This document shows positions 18,884 to 28,147 of a stretch of 64,000 nt of DNA, in pieces. The translations under genes were made by a program, and so were the position numbers. Numbering within the stretch: position 1 is the stretch's first letter; each line of letters opens with the position of its first letter. The notes under the pieces are model-generated. The model searched no databases and was not told the DNA's origin. It saw only the letters and a list, made by a program, of their open reading frames with translations. Source of the DNA: an uncultured Lachnospiraceae bacterium (GTDB lineage Bacteria; Bacillota; Clostridia; Lachnospirales; Lachnospiraceae); the NCBI GenBank assembly GCA_910587635.1, contig CAJUNB010000027.1:36677-100676 (forward strand), read 5' to 3'.

Positions 18884-20305
18884 CTATACCGGATAAGCAC
18901 CATTTTTCGTATCAGCCTGGGCAGGATCTACCTTCTCCTGCTGTGCCTGACGATATTTGAAGAAATCGGTTGCAACCTGAGGGAACAATGCATAGGACAA
19001 TACGTCTTCATCCTGCTGTTTCCACTCTTTCATTTCTGCTTCCAACTTATCCATTTCGTTTTCAATCAAATCAGCCGGACGGCATGTAATTCTTTCTTCA
19101 CCCGGAATGACTTTATCAATAACTTCCTGACTCATCGGTTTGATTGTCTGGCCATATTCACCACGAAGAACGGCTTTTGTCTCCTTGGTAGCCATCTTAT
19201 ATCTTTCACCCATCAATACGTTAAATACAGCCTGGGTACCGACAATCTGAGAAGAAGGTGTAACGAGAGGCGGCTCACCCAGATCTTTGCGGACAGCCGG
19301 AATCTCCCGCAGCACATCGTAATATTTGTCTTCTGCATTCTGCTCTTTCAGCTGGCTCACCATGTTGGACAGCATACCACCCGGCACCTGATACAGCAGC
19401 GTCTTGATATCCACGCCCATAACCTTTGGATTGAGCAATCCATTGGCAAGACACTCATCTCTGTATGGTCTGAAATAATCAGCAATCTCTGCCAGCAGAT
19501 TCTGATCAAACCCTGTGTCATAGGGAGTCCCCTTAAAAGTCTCTACCATTACTTCCGTCGCTGGCTGTGAAGTTCCGAGAGCAAACGGAGACATTGCACA
19601 ATCGATCACATCCACACCTGCTTCTACTGCTTTCAGATATGTCATGGATGCCACACCTGACGTATAGTGAGTATGCAACTGAATCGGAAGATGAGTTGCA
19701 GCCTTCATAGCTCCGATCATCTCAGATGCCTTATAGGGCACTAACAGACCCGCCATATCTTTGATACAGATAGAATCAGCACCCATTTCCTCGATTTTCT
19801 TAGCCATACTTACCCAGTATTCCATCGTATAAGCATCACCAAGTGTATAGGAAAGAGCCACCTGTGCATGGCCTCTGCCTTCTCTTGCTTTGATTTTGTT
19901 CGTTGCATTGACAGCTGCCTGCAGGTTACGCAGATCATTCAGGCAGTCAAAGATACGGATGATATCAATACCATTGGCAATAGATTTCTCTACAAAGCTG
20001 TCTACTACGTCATCCGCATAAGGTCTGTATCCAAGGATATTCTGACCTCTGAACAACATCTGCAATTTTGTATTCTTAAAACCATCCCTCAGTTTTCTCA
20101 ATCTGTCCCAGGGATCTTCTTTTAAGAAACGAAGAGAAGCATCAAATGTAGCGCCGCCCCAGCATTCTACCGCATGATAGCCAACCTTATCCATTTTATC
20201 AATGATAGGAAGCATCATATCAGTGGGCATTCTTGTTGCAATCAAAGACTGATGCGCATCACGCAGAACAGTCTCCATTATTTTAATCGGTTTTTTTCCT
20301 TCCAT
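18884..20305 (-). CDS. Oxaloacetate decarboxylase alpha / transcarboxylase 5S-type carboxyltransferase, without biotinyl domain
   Basis: 473 aa. N-terminal IMETVLRDAHQSL (HMGL-like TIM barrel) plus a PYC_OADA-like region. No AMKM biotinylation motif at the C-terminus. Confidence 0.85.
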   Translation of the reverse strand: MEGKKPIKIMETVLRDAHQSLIATRMPTDMMLPIIDKMDKVGYHAVECWGGATFDASLRFLKEDPWDRLRKLRDGFKNTKLQMLFRGQNILGYRPYADDVVDSFVEKSIANGIDIIRIFDCLNDLRNLQAAVNATNKIKAREGRGHAQVALSYTLGDAYTMEYWVSMAKKIEEMGADSICIKDMAGLLVPYKASEMIGAMKAATHLPIQLHTHYTSGVASMTYLKAVEAGVDVIDCAMSPFALGTSQPATEVMVETFKGTPYDTGFDQNLLAEIADYFRPYRDECLANGLLNPKVMGVDIKTLLYQVPGGMLSNMVSQLKEQNAEDKYYDVLREIPAVRKDLGEPPLVTPSSQIVGTQAVFNVLMGERYKMATKETKAVLRGEYGQTIKPMSQEVIDKVIPGEERITCRPADLIENEMDKLEAEMKEWKQQDEDVLSYALFPQVATDFFKYRQAQQEKVDPAQADTKNGAYPV

Positions 20306-20335
20306 TCTCTATTTTCCCTCCTGTCTAAATTCGTA

Positions 20336-21487
20336 TCAGAATACACCGAATACAGCCATAAATGTTCCGGCCGCCACTGCAGTACCGATAACACCGGCCA
20401 CGTTAGGTCCCATTGCATGCATCAGCAGGAAGTTCGTAGGATCTGCCTCAGCTCCCACTTTCTGTGATACTCTGGCTGCCATAGGCACTGCAGACACACC
20501 GGCAGAACCAATCAGCGGGTTGACCTTACCGCCCGTCAGTTTACACATAGCCTTGCCGAATAGAACCCCGGCTGCCGTACCGAATGCAAAAGCGATCAGT
20601 CCCAGAATGACAATAAAAATCGTATCCCAGTTCAGAAATGCTTCCGCACTCGTAGTGGCACCTACAGAAGTACCAAGTAAAATAACTACGATATACATAA
20701 GCGCATTGGATGCCGTATCCGTAAGCTGTCTGACAACACCTGACTCTCTGAACAGATTACCAAGCATCAACATACCTACCAACGGAGCCGTTGTAGGAAG
20801 TATCATGCAGACTACAATCGTAACAATGATGGGGAACAGTATTTTCTCTAACTTGGATACTGGACGCAGCTGCGCCATCTTGATCTTTCTTTCCTTTTCC
20901 GTCGTCAAAAGCTTCATAATCGGCGGCTGGATAATCGGAACAAGGGACATATAGGAATATGCCGCTACCGCTATCGGCCCAAGCAGTGTCGTCTGCCCCA
21001 GTTTACTTGCCAGGAAAATAGAAGTAGGGCCGTCAGCGCCGCCGATAATAGAGATAGCGGCCGCTGCTTTATCATTAAAGCCCATAGCAATCGCTCCGAA
21101 ATATGCTGCAAAAATACCGAACTGCGCAGCGGCACCGAGCAAAAAGCTCTTCGGATTCGCAATCAACGGGCCAAAGTCCGTCATCGCACCTACCCCCATG
21201 AAAATCAGGGATGGCAGAATCGCCCATTCATCCAATACGTAGAAATAATACAGCAAACCGCCTACGCCATTGGCAGATTCTGAGGCATGCAGCATAATAT
21301 CGGGATAGATATTGACAAGCAGCATACCAAATGCTATCGGAGTCAAAAGAAGCGGTTCGAATCCTTTTGCAATAGCAAGATACAGAAATACACAAGCTAC
21401 TACAATCATGGCATAATTTCCGATCGTCAGATTGAAAAATGCCGTCTGATGTACTAGATTGTCTAACGTTGTTGCTATATAAGACAT
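20336..21487 (-). CDS. Na+-translocating decarboxylase beta subunit
   Basis: 383-aa polytopic protein with OadB/GcdB/MmdB-like sequence ([22 protein letters not shown]). Confidence 0.9.
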   Translation of the reverse strand: MSYIATTLDNLVHQTAFFNLTIGNYAMIVVACVFLYLAIAKGFEPLLLTPIAFGMLLVNIYPDIMLHASESANGVGGLLYYFYVLDEWAILPSLIFMGVGAMTDFGPLIANPKSFLLGAAAQFGIFAAYFGAIAMGFNDKAAAAISIIGGADGPTSIFLASKLGQTTLLGPIAVAAYSYMSLVPIIQPPIMKLLTTEKERKIKMAQLRPVSKLEKILFPIIVTIVVCMILPTTAPLVGMLMLGNLFRESGVVRQLTDTASNALMYIVVILLGTSVGATTSAEAFLNWDTIFIVILGLIAFAFGTAAGVLFGKAMCKLTGGKVNPLIGSAGVSAVPMAARVSQKVGAEADPTNFLLMHAMGPNVAGVIGTAVAAGTFMAVFGVF

Positions 21488-21529
21488 TTTATCGACCTCC
21501 CGTTGTCGTTCTCATTTAGGCGACAGTAA

Positions 21530-21901
21530 TTAGTTTAATGTTGCAAGCAAAGCACCTGCTTCTACAGGATCGCCCACTGCTACATCAATACTTGCCACTG
21601 TACCGTCCTGCGGAGCAACAACCGGGATTTCCATCTTCATAGCTTCCAGAATGACTACCGTATCGCCAGCCTTCATTGCCTGTCCTACACTCGCCTCTAC
21701 CTTAAATACTTTACCAGCCGCACCGGCCTCTACCCGAATACTTCCTGCGGCGCCTGCGGCTTTCGGAGCCGGAGCCGGAGCTGCCTTCGGTGCTGCTTTG
21801 GGAGCTGCCTTCGGCGCTGCTGCAGGTGCACCTGTAGATGCTCCTTCTTCTACTACAACATCATATACATTTCCATTTACGGTGATGGTATAATTTTTCA
21901 T
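21530..21901 (-). CDS. Biotin carboxyl carrier protein
   Basis: 123 aa. Ala/Pro/Lys linker (AAPKAAPKAAPKAAP) and biotinyl-lysine motif EAMKME. Confidence 0.88.
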   Translation of the reverse strand: MKNYTITVNGNVYDVVVEEGASTGAPAAAPKAAPKAAPKAAPAPAPKAAGAAGSIRVEAGAAGKVFKVEASVGQAMKAGDTVVILEAMKMEIPVVAPQDGTVASIDVAVGDPVEAGALLATLN

Positions 21902-21920
21902 CTCTATTTCCTCCTGTTTA

Positions 21921-22691
21921 TTAAGCTCTCTGCCATTTATTTTTATTTACTCTTCTGATGCTTCTTACTACAAACCCATCTGTAGAAGCCGCGCCCTCAC
22001 TGGCAGCAATGGCTGCTGCAATGACAGCAACAAGCTCTAAATCGTCCGATACATCTTCCTCCGTAACGGTCAAAGCAGCGGAAGTCTCCACTGTCTTTTT
22101 CTCTGCAACTTCTGTCTGTACTTCTTTTTTCTTTTTGCCTGACAGAGATGCCTGTATTTTCGGAATGAAAACAAACGCCGAAATAATAATGCTGATCAAT
22201 ATCAATACGCAAAATACAGTACCCATACCGATAATCGTATTCAAAAACGCCTGGCTCATCAACTCACCAAAGCTGTGATCAGGATTTACCGTAACGCTCT
22301 GAAGCGCCGGATATTCCTGCCGCCCATAGTGAGCTCTTTCCAGAGATATCTCAACTTCTGCATTTCTGAGCGTAGCACTGATTTCCACTGTTACAATCGC
22401 GGAATCATCCTTGATCTCAACCTCGTGGCCGATAATATTCTGATAACTACCTATATCTTCCTGCGCGGCAATCCAGCTGTCTACTGCAGCAATCTCCACT
22501 TCGTCAACCAAATCGTCATTTCCCTGCAGCATGGCGAAATTACTGATGTTAACAATGCAGTTGTCCGCAATCTGGATTGCTTCCTCCTCCGTGATCCATA
22601 AAGCTTCCTTTTCGGACCCGCAGGCTGTAAGGCTCAGGATACAAGTAATCATACCTAATACTAATAAAATTTTTTTCATATTAAGTATCAT
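21921..22691 (-). CDS. OadG-family small subunit fused to an N-terminal lipoprotein-like ectodomain
   Basis: Lipobox LSLTACGSEK, an unknown soluble domain of about 125 aa, an OadG-like TM helix (IIGMGTVFCVLILISIIISAFVFI), and a C-terminal AVIAAAIAAS...VVRSIRRV tail. Confidence 0.6.
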   Translation of the reverse strand: MILNMKKILLVLGMITCILSLTACGSEKEALWITEEEAIQIADNCIVNISNFAMLQGNDDLVDEVEIAAVDSWIAAQEDIGSYQNIIGHEVEIKDDSAIVTVEISATLRNAEVEISLERAHYGRQEYPALQSVTVNPDHSFGELMSQAFLNTIIGMGTVFCVLILISIIISAFVFIPKIQASLSGKKKKEVQTEVAEKKTVETSAALTVTEEDVSDDLELVAVIAAAIAASEGAASTDGFVVRSIRRVNKNKWQRA

Positions 22692-22700
22692 CCTTTCTGT

Positions 22701-24131
22701 TTATACTGTTCCATGCTTCTTAGCCGGACGGTCTTCTCTCTTTGTGAAAAGCATCTCAAAAGCGCCGATTATGTATTTCCTCGTATCGGCCGCATCCACG
22801 ATCTCATCCACATACCCTCTTCTGGCCGCACTTTCCACACTTGTCTGCAGTTTTTCATACTCTGCAGCGCAGGCATCGATCGCTTCTGCTCCCTGTCCGT
22901 CGCAGATAATTTTAGCAGCAAGCTTTGCATCCATCATACCAACCTGTGCATCCGGCCACGCAATTGTGATATCTGCACCAATCGCCTTGGAATTCATAGC
23001 AATATAAGCGCTGCCATATGCTTTTCCGATAATCACATTCACCTTCGGAACAGTAGCGCCTGCAAATGCTGCTGTCAATTTTGCAGCCGCCTTTGCAATA
23101 CCTTTTTCAGAACATACAGTCGCCTCATAGCCTTTTACATTTGTAAGTGACAAAACAGGAATCTCAAAAGCATCACAGAAAGTAACAAAATCCGCAGCTT
23201 TCTCACATCCCTTCTTTGTCAGAACTGCATCGAACTTGTCCGTTACTTTGCCTTCTTCATCATAAACTTCTGTACGATTCGCAACAGCACCCACTGTAAC
23301 ACCGTTCAGTTTGATAAAGCCCGTTACCATTTCTTTTGCATAATTTTCCTTTATTTCAAAGAATACATTATCATCAGAAATTGTAGACAGTGCAATAGAA
23401 GTATCTCCTACACAGTTTGCAAGCTCGCTGCAGACTCTGTTCAGATCGTCTGTACACTCTTCAAAAGAAGCATCTTCTTCATTATTGGCAGGAAGCATGG
23501 AAACAAGCTGACGAATCTTACCAAGAATAGCAGCCTCGTCGGCAACCACATCCACAATACCTGCTTCTTCACTTTGGAATGAGGCAGAAGCACTGTCACA
23601 TTTTGCCGTCGTATTTCCATCCAGCGCATTGGGAGAATTTACAAACAGCTTCGCACTCTTCTCTTCCATAAATGTAAAGTCTGTCAATGTGGGAATCAGA
23701 GCCAGGCCCCCTCCACATGTTCCAAAAACTGCCGTAATCTGCGGGATTACACCACTTGCCATGACCTGCTTCTTATAGATTTCACCAAATCCGTTCAACG
23801 CGTCTGTGGCTTCCTGTAATCTGAGTCCGGCGGATTCAATCAGACCAATGACAGGTGCACCAGTCTTTAATGCCAGATCATAGAGGCTGGCAATTTTCTT
23901 TGCATGCATTTCTCCAACACTTCCGTTCAGTACGGAAACATCCTGGCTGTATACATACACAAGATTGCCGTCAATCACTCCGTATCCGGTAATGACACCG
24001 TCAGAAGGAGTCTCTGTCTGTTTCAGATTAAAATCTGTTGCTCTCGCTGTTATGCGCGCACCGATTTCAACGAAACTGTTTTCATCGAGCAAAGCTGATA
24101 TTCTTTGACTCGCTTGCGAAGTAGTACCCAT
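22701..24131 (-). CDS. Acyl-CoA carboxyltransferase (methylmalonyl-CoA decarboxylase alpha / 12S-like)
   Basis: 476 aa with two crotonase-like carboxyl_trans halves (GSVGEMHAKKI...; NVIIGKAYGSAYIAM). First gene of the cluster. Confidence 0.82.
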   Translation of the reverse strand: MGTTSQASQRISALLDENSFVEIGARITARATDFNLKQTETPSDGVITGYGVIDGNLVYVYSQDVSVLNGSVGEMHAKKIASLYDLALKTGAPVIGLIESAGLRLQEATDALNGFGEIYKKQVMASGVIPQITAVFGTCGGGLALIPTLTDFTFMEEKSAKLFVNSPNALDGNTTAKCDSASASFQSEEAGIVDVVADEAAILGKIRQLVSMLPANNEEDASFEECTDDLNRVCSELANCVGDTSIALSTISDDNVFFEIKENYAKEMVTGFIKLNGVTVGAVANRTEVYDEEGKVTDKFDAVLTKKGCEKAADFVTFCDAFEIPVLSLTNVKGYEATVCSEKGIAKAAAKLTAAFAGATVPKVNVIIGKAYGSAYIAMNSKAIGADITIAWPDAQVGMMDAKLAAKIICDGQGAEAIDACAAEYEKLQTSVESAARRGYVDEIVDAADTRKYIIGAFEMLFTKREDRPAKKHGTV

Positions 24132-24223
24132 TTTTCAGCCCTCCATTTTTATATAAAAGTAAAAATAAAAAAACGTATTTTGCAAAAGGGCATAGTTCCC
24201 CCTTCTGCATCTCATAGTAGTAT

Positions 24224-24252
24224 ATCATAAAAGAATCCGTCTGCCTAGTTAA
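24224..24252 (-). promoter_or_regulatory. Candidate sigma-70 promoter of the decarboxylase cluster
   Basis: Reverse strand: TTAACT, 17-nt spacer, TATGAT, about 90 nt upstream of the ATG at 24131. Confidence 0.35.
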
Positions 24253-24291
24253 AAAAATACGAATTTTAAGAAAAAACAGACCGGCAAAATC

Positions 24292-25749
24292 TCACAGTAA
24301 ATATCGCTTTCCGATAAACCGGATATAAAAAGAAAAATCTTTTCTGTCCACATCCGCTCCCGCGTATATGGTTTCCTGTGCTATATATTTCCTGTTTCCC
24401 TGTCCATCAGTCAGATAATAGGATATCGTCCCCACCTGCATCCCCTTTTCTACAGGAGCCTCCAGTTTCTTTACCATGTCCACCTGCGCCACTATATTCT
24501 CTCCTTGTTTTATCAGGAGACGAATAGGCAGTATCTCATGGGACACTTCTCCTATGACAGATACTTCCCGCCAGGGATTTCCGTCTTCTGATGCTCCTTC
24601 CACTACAAGGATTGGTGTCAATTCTGTCTCCGGTATGAATTCACGGTATTCGTATTGTTCCAGTCCATAGGTAAACAACTTTTTACTATCCGACCATTTC
24701 CATGTTTTATGATTCGGCCAGCCACAGGCCAATAACGCCAGCGCAAACCGTTTCTCCCCCTGCTCCAGCGCACCTACATAGCAGTACCCGGCCTGATTTG
24801 TAAAGCCCGTCTTGCCCGACAGCGCCCCTTCCATCATTGTCAGAAAGGCATTATGATTATTGCAGGAATGACTTCTCTTTCCCGACGTATCGGTAAAGGA
24901 ACAGGACCGGGTTCTTGTAATCTCCAAAAAAGTGTCTCTTTCACGAGACTGCGTCACACAATACCTCATAATCCTTGCCAGATCCTCTGCCGTAGTAGAA
25001 TGGACAAGTTCCTCTCCGTCCGTTCCCTGCACCTGGGCGTCCAATCCATTTGGCGTAAGGAAGCAAGTATTATTACATCCGATTTCCCTTGCCTTCTCCG
25101 TCATCTTATCACAGAATACTTTGACAGCCTCCTTGCTCTCTTCCTTCGTCCTCTCCCCTGCCTCCGGCAGATTCAACTCCTTCCCTCCGATATATTCCGC
25201 TATTGCAACGGCAGAATCATTGTGGGACTCCAGCATAAGAGAATGCAGAAGGTCATCCATTTGATAGGATGTCCCCTTCTGCATTCCCAAATGTACTTTC
25301 GGTTGTCCTGCCGCATAGGCAGAAACCGTTACGATCTCTTCTCTGCCACATTCTTCCAGTGCCAGGATACATGTCATAATCTTTGTGGTGCTGGCCATCG
25401 GAAGTATTTCCGTCCCATTCTTTTCATATAGTACCCTTCCACTGTCCATGTCCAGCAGCACTGCCGCCCTGGCATACAGGCTCGCTGTCAGTTCTTTTTC
25501 CTCTGGGGTAAGTTCTTTTTCTGTCTGTTCCGTTTCCTCCCCTTCCATCTGCCCTGTCGCCTCTATGCTTTCTGCCATCACTGGCTGCACAGATACGATT
25601 TCAGTCTGTCCCATCCCTTCCCGTACACTTTCCCGGCCCGCTGTCTGCACAATGCTTTCTTCCGGCTCTCTCCCAATAGCTCCGGCCAATGCCAGCACAG
25701 CAGCTACCATTCCCATCCATAATACTACATTTTTCCATGCTCTCTTCAT
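24292..25749 (-). CDS. D-alanyl-D-alanine carboxypeptidase (S11, DacB-like)
   Basis: Signal/TM segment, SxxK (ASTTKIMT), SxN (SHND), KTG (KTGFT). Confidence 0.85.
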   Translation of the reverse strand: MKRAWKNVVLWMGMVAAVLALAGAIGREPEESIVQTAGRESVREGMGQTEIVSVQPVMAESIEATGQMEGEETEQTEKELTPEEKELTASLYARAAVLLDMDSGRVLYEKNGTEILPMASTTKIMTCILALEECGREEIVTVSAYAAGQPKVHLGMQKGTSYQMDDLLHSLMLESHNDSAVAIAEYIGGKELNLPEAGERTKEESKEAVKVFCDKMTEKAREIGCNNTCFLTPNGLDAQVQGTDGEELVHSTTAEDLARIMRYCVTQSRERDTFLEITRTRSCSFTDTSGKRSHSCNNHNAFLTMMEGALSGKTGFTNQAGYCYVGALEQGEKRFALALLACGWPNHKTWKWSDSKKLFTYGLEQYEYREFIPETELTPILVVEGASEDGNPWREVSVIGEVSHEILPIRLLIKQGENIVAQVDMVKKLEAPVEKGMQVGTISYYLTDGQGNRKYIAQETIYAGADVDRKDFSFYIRFIGKRYLL

Positions 25750-25882
25750 ATGATCCGTCCATATACTGCCTTATCCCATATATATGAAAAAAGCACACCA
25801 CTTCATTCCTTCCTGAAACGGTATGCTCTGAAATCTGCTATATAAACAGCCCTTTTATCGTATCACACTAAAATAATATCGT

Positions 25883-26452
25883 TTAAATCTCTACTTTCAA
25901 ATCAATTTCTGATTCTGCCTGATGTCTGAAACTATCTATTTGTTCCGCATCCAATGTGGGAAGCTCATCCAGAGAACTGACACCAAAGCTGCGCAAAAAT
26001 TCCTCTGTCGTCCCAAACAGCAGTGGACGCCCCGGCGCATCCAGACGTCCCACCTCTGCCACCAGCCCAAACTCCACAAGGCGGTTTACTGCATGGTCAC
26101 TGTTTACCCCCCGTACCTTTTCCACTTCAAGCCTGGTAATCGGCTGCTTATAGGCAATGATGGACAATGTCTCCAACAGCGCATCTGTCAACACATACTT
26201 TTTCGGCGTCTTGGCAATCTTAATCAGATACTCGTACATCTCCCCTTTTGTGCACATCTGATAAGCGTTCTCCAACTCAATAATTGCTATTCCCCTGTCA
26301 GACTGCTCCCATTTTTCCATCATACTGCTGACAATCTCTTTTGTCGTCTTTATATCTTCTCCGATTACTTCTGCCAACCGAGAAACCTCTACAGATTCCC
26401 CCATTGTAAACAGAACTGCTTCGATTACTGCCTCTGCCTTTCCTCTATCCAA
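25883..26452 (-). CDS. scpB: Segregation and condensation protein B
   Basis: 189 aa with an ScpB winged-helix pattern (EAVLFTMGESV...; LETLSIIAYKQPITRLEVEKVRGV), immediately downstream of scpA. Confidence 0.9.
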   Translation of the reverse strand: MDRGKAEAVIEAVLFTMGESVEVSRLAEVIGEDIKTTKEIVSSMMEKWEQSDRGIAIIELENAYQMCTKGEMYEYLIKIAKTPKKYVLTDALLETLSIIAYKQPITRLEVEKVRGVNSDHAVNRLVEFGLVAEVGRLDAPGRPLLFGTTEEFLRSFGVSSLDELPTLDAEQIDSFRHQAESEIDLKVEI

Positions 26453-26485
26453 TACAGCTCCCTCTCTCTTTCCGTCAGCCTCCGT

Positions 26486-27235
26486 CTATGCCGCCTCGGC
26501 ATACATAATCATTATATCATCAAAAATATCTTTCTGTTCGATAAATATCTTTCCAACTTTCATCAGTTCCAGAATGATTAAAAATGCAACGATCATTTCC
26601 ATTTTGCTGTTTTGTTTCTGCAGCAACTCCCGAAAACTCAGGCGCCTGTGCTCTTCAATATATGCTTCAATATATGCGGACTTTTCATCCATATTGATCT
26701 CATCTTTTTCTATTTTTCCGTAATGGCTTCGTATCGGATCGATCCGGTCTTCCTGCTTCTTTACCACATCCTTAAAAATCCGCTGAAGACGTCCCAGTGT
26801 CAGGGAACCCAGTAATTGTTCATAGTCTACCGGTTCTCTGTACTCTTCAATTTCTCTCGGAAGAGTGGGTGCCTTAAACAGATTCCGGCCCGCATCAATC
26901 TGCCTGTCCTTCAGCTCATAGGACATGTACTTATACATTTTATATTCCAGTAATTTTTCCACCAGTTCTGCCCGGGGATCTTCTTCTTCCCCTTCTTCGT
27001 TCACCTCTTTCGGCAACAGCATCCTACATTTGATATCCAGTAACGTCGCAGCCATAACAAGAAATTCACTCATAATATTCATATCAGACTGCTCCATCTG
27101 ACGGATATAATCCAGATATTGTTCGGTAATCTCCACAATGGGGATATCATAAATGTCAACTTTATTTTTATCAATCAAGTGAAGCAGCAAGTCCAAAGGC
27201 CCTTCAAAGGCCTGTAACTTTACTGTAATTGCCAT
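26486..27235 (-). CDS. scpA: Segregation and condensation protein A
   Basis: N-terminal FEGPLDLLLHLI motif characteristic of ScpA kleisins. 249 aa. Confidence 0.9.
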   Translation of the reverse strand: MAITVKLQAFEGPLDLLLHLIDKNKVDIYDIPIVEITEQYLDYIRQMEQSDMNIMSEFLVMAATLLDIKCRMLLPKEVNEEGEEEDPRAELVEKLLEYKMYKYMSYELKDRQIDAGRNLFKAPTLPREIEEYREPVDYEQLLGSLTLGRLQRIFKDVVKKQEDRIDPIRSHYGKIEKDEINMDEKSAYIEAYIEEHRRLSFRELLQKQNSKMEMIVAFLIILELMKVGKIFIEQKDIFDDIMIMYAEAA

Positions 27236-27278
27236 CTTTATCTCCCTTTCATCTATTTTGCTGCACTCTTCCTCATTT

Positions 27279-28136
27279 TTACGCTTTCTCAGGCAACAGT
27301 GTCACCAATACGATTTCCCCCGGGTTCCACATCCGTATTGGCAACGTATGGGTGCTCAGCCCCCGTCCTAAAATCATAGTAGAAGTCCCTTCCTGAAATC
27401 TCCCCCCGTCATATTTAGGGAAAAATGTAGCGGTGGGAGAGATAACCCCACCCAGCCAGGGCAGCCTGACAATGCCCCCGTGTATATGACCGGAAAGTAC
27501 CAAATCCGCTCCCCAATCGGCATACTTTTTAAAATACACCGGATTGTGCGCGATCAAAATCTGGAAGCAGTCTCTGTTTGCCTTTCCTACAAGCTTGTCC
27601 ATATAAGTTTCGGTCATCTCCTTTTTCGTAAAATGGCCGAAATATTCCTGCCCGATCTGTAACCCGCATAAATCTATATTGATTTCCGGCAGCGCCAAGC
27701 GCTCATTGACAAGAGGACGCAACCCCAAAGACGCAAGCCTGTCCACAAACTGCCCATACATATTGTCAAAGTCATCCGGTTTTATTTGCGTCTTGCTTTC
27801 ATGATTGCCATTGGCAATATAGACCGGAAACCGATTTGACAATGCCTCGAGCAAGGCAAGGGCATTGTCAAATCCAGTTCCCTTTTTGGAAGTATACATA
27901 TCTCCGGCCGTTATGATACTGTCAGGCTGGCAGTCTATAACGGCCTTTATCAGTCTGTCATTTCGTATGCCAAAAGATTTATTGTGCAGATCCGAAAGCA
28001 TAACAAAGGTATATTTCTTTTTTATTTTCCGGGACCTTATTTCATATGGCGCTACTACAAACCGATTCATATCACGAATAATAACACAAATGCCAAAAAT
28101 TGCAATAAGGAAAACCAGAAACAATAAACCGTACAT
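27279..28136 (-). CDS. Membrane-anchored metallophosphoesterase (YkuE-like)
   Basis: Calcineurin-like motifs SDLHN, GDM, GNHE, GHIHGG, with an N-terminal TM helix. Confidence 0.85.
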   Translation of the reverse strand: MYGLLFLVFLIAIFGICVIIRDMNRFVVAPYEIRSRKIKKKYTFVMLSDLHNKSFGIRNDRLIKAVIDCQPDSIITAGDMYTSKKGTGFDNALALLEALSNRFPVYIANGNHESKTQIKPDDFDNMYGQFVDRLASLGLRPLVNERLALPEINIDLCGLQIGQEYFGHFTKKEMTETYMDKLVGKANRDCFQILIAHNPVYFKKYADWGADLVLSGHIHGGIVRLPWLGGVISPTATFFPKYDGGRFQEGTSTMILGRGLSTHTLPIRMWNPGEIVLVTLLPEKA

Positions 28137-28147
28137 ATATCGTCCTC

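Noticed and set aside
21730-21810. Short-period DNA repeat (GCTGCCTTCGG-like units) that could be mistaken for a tandem repeat.
   Set aside because: It encodes the Ala-Pro-Lys flexible linker (AAPKAAPKAAPKAAPAPAPKAA) that is normal for biotin carboxyl carrier proteins.
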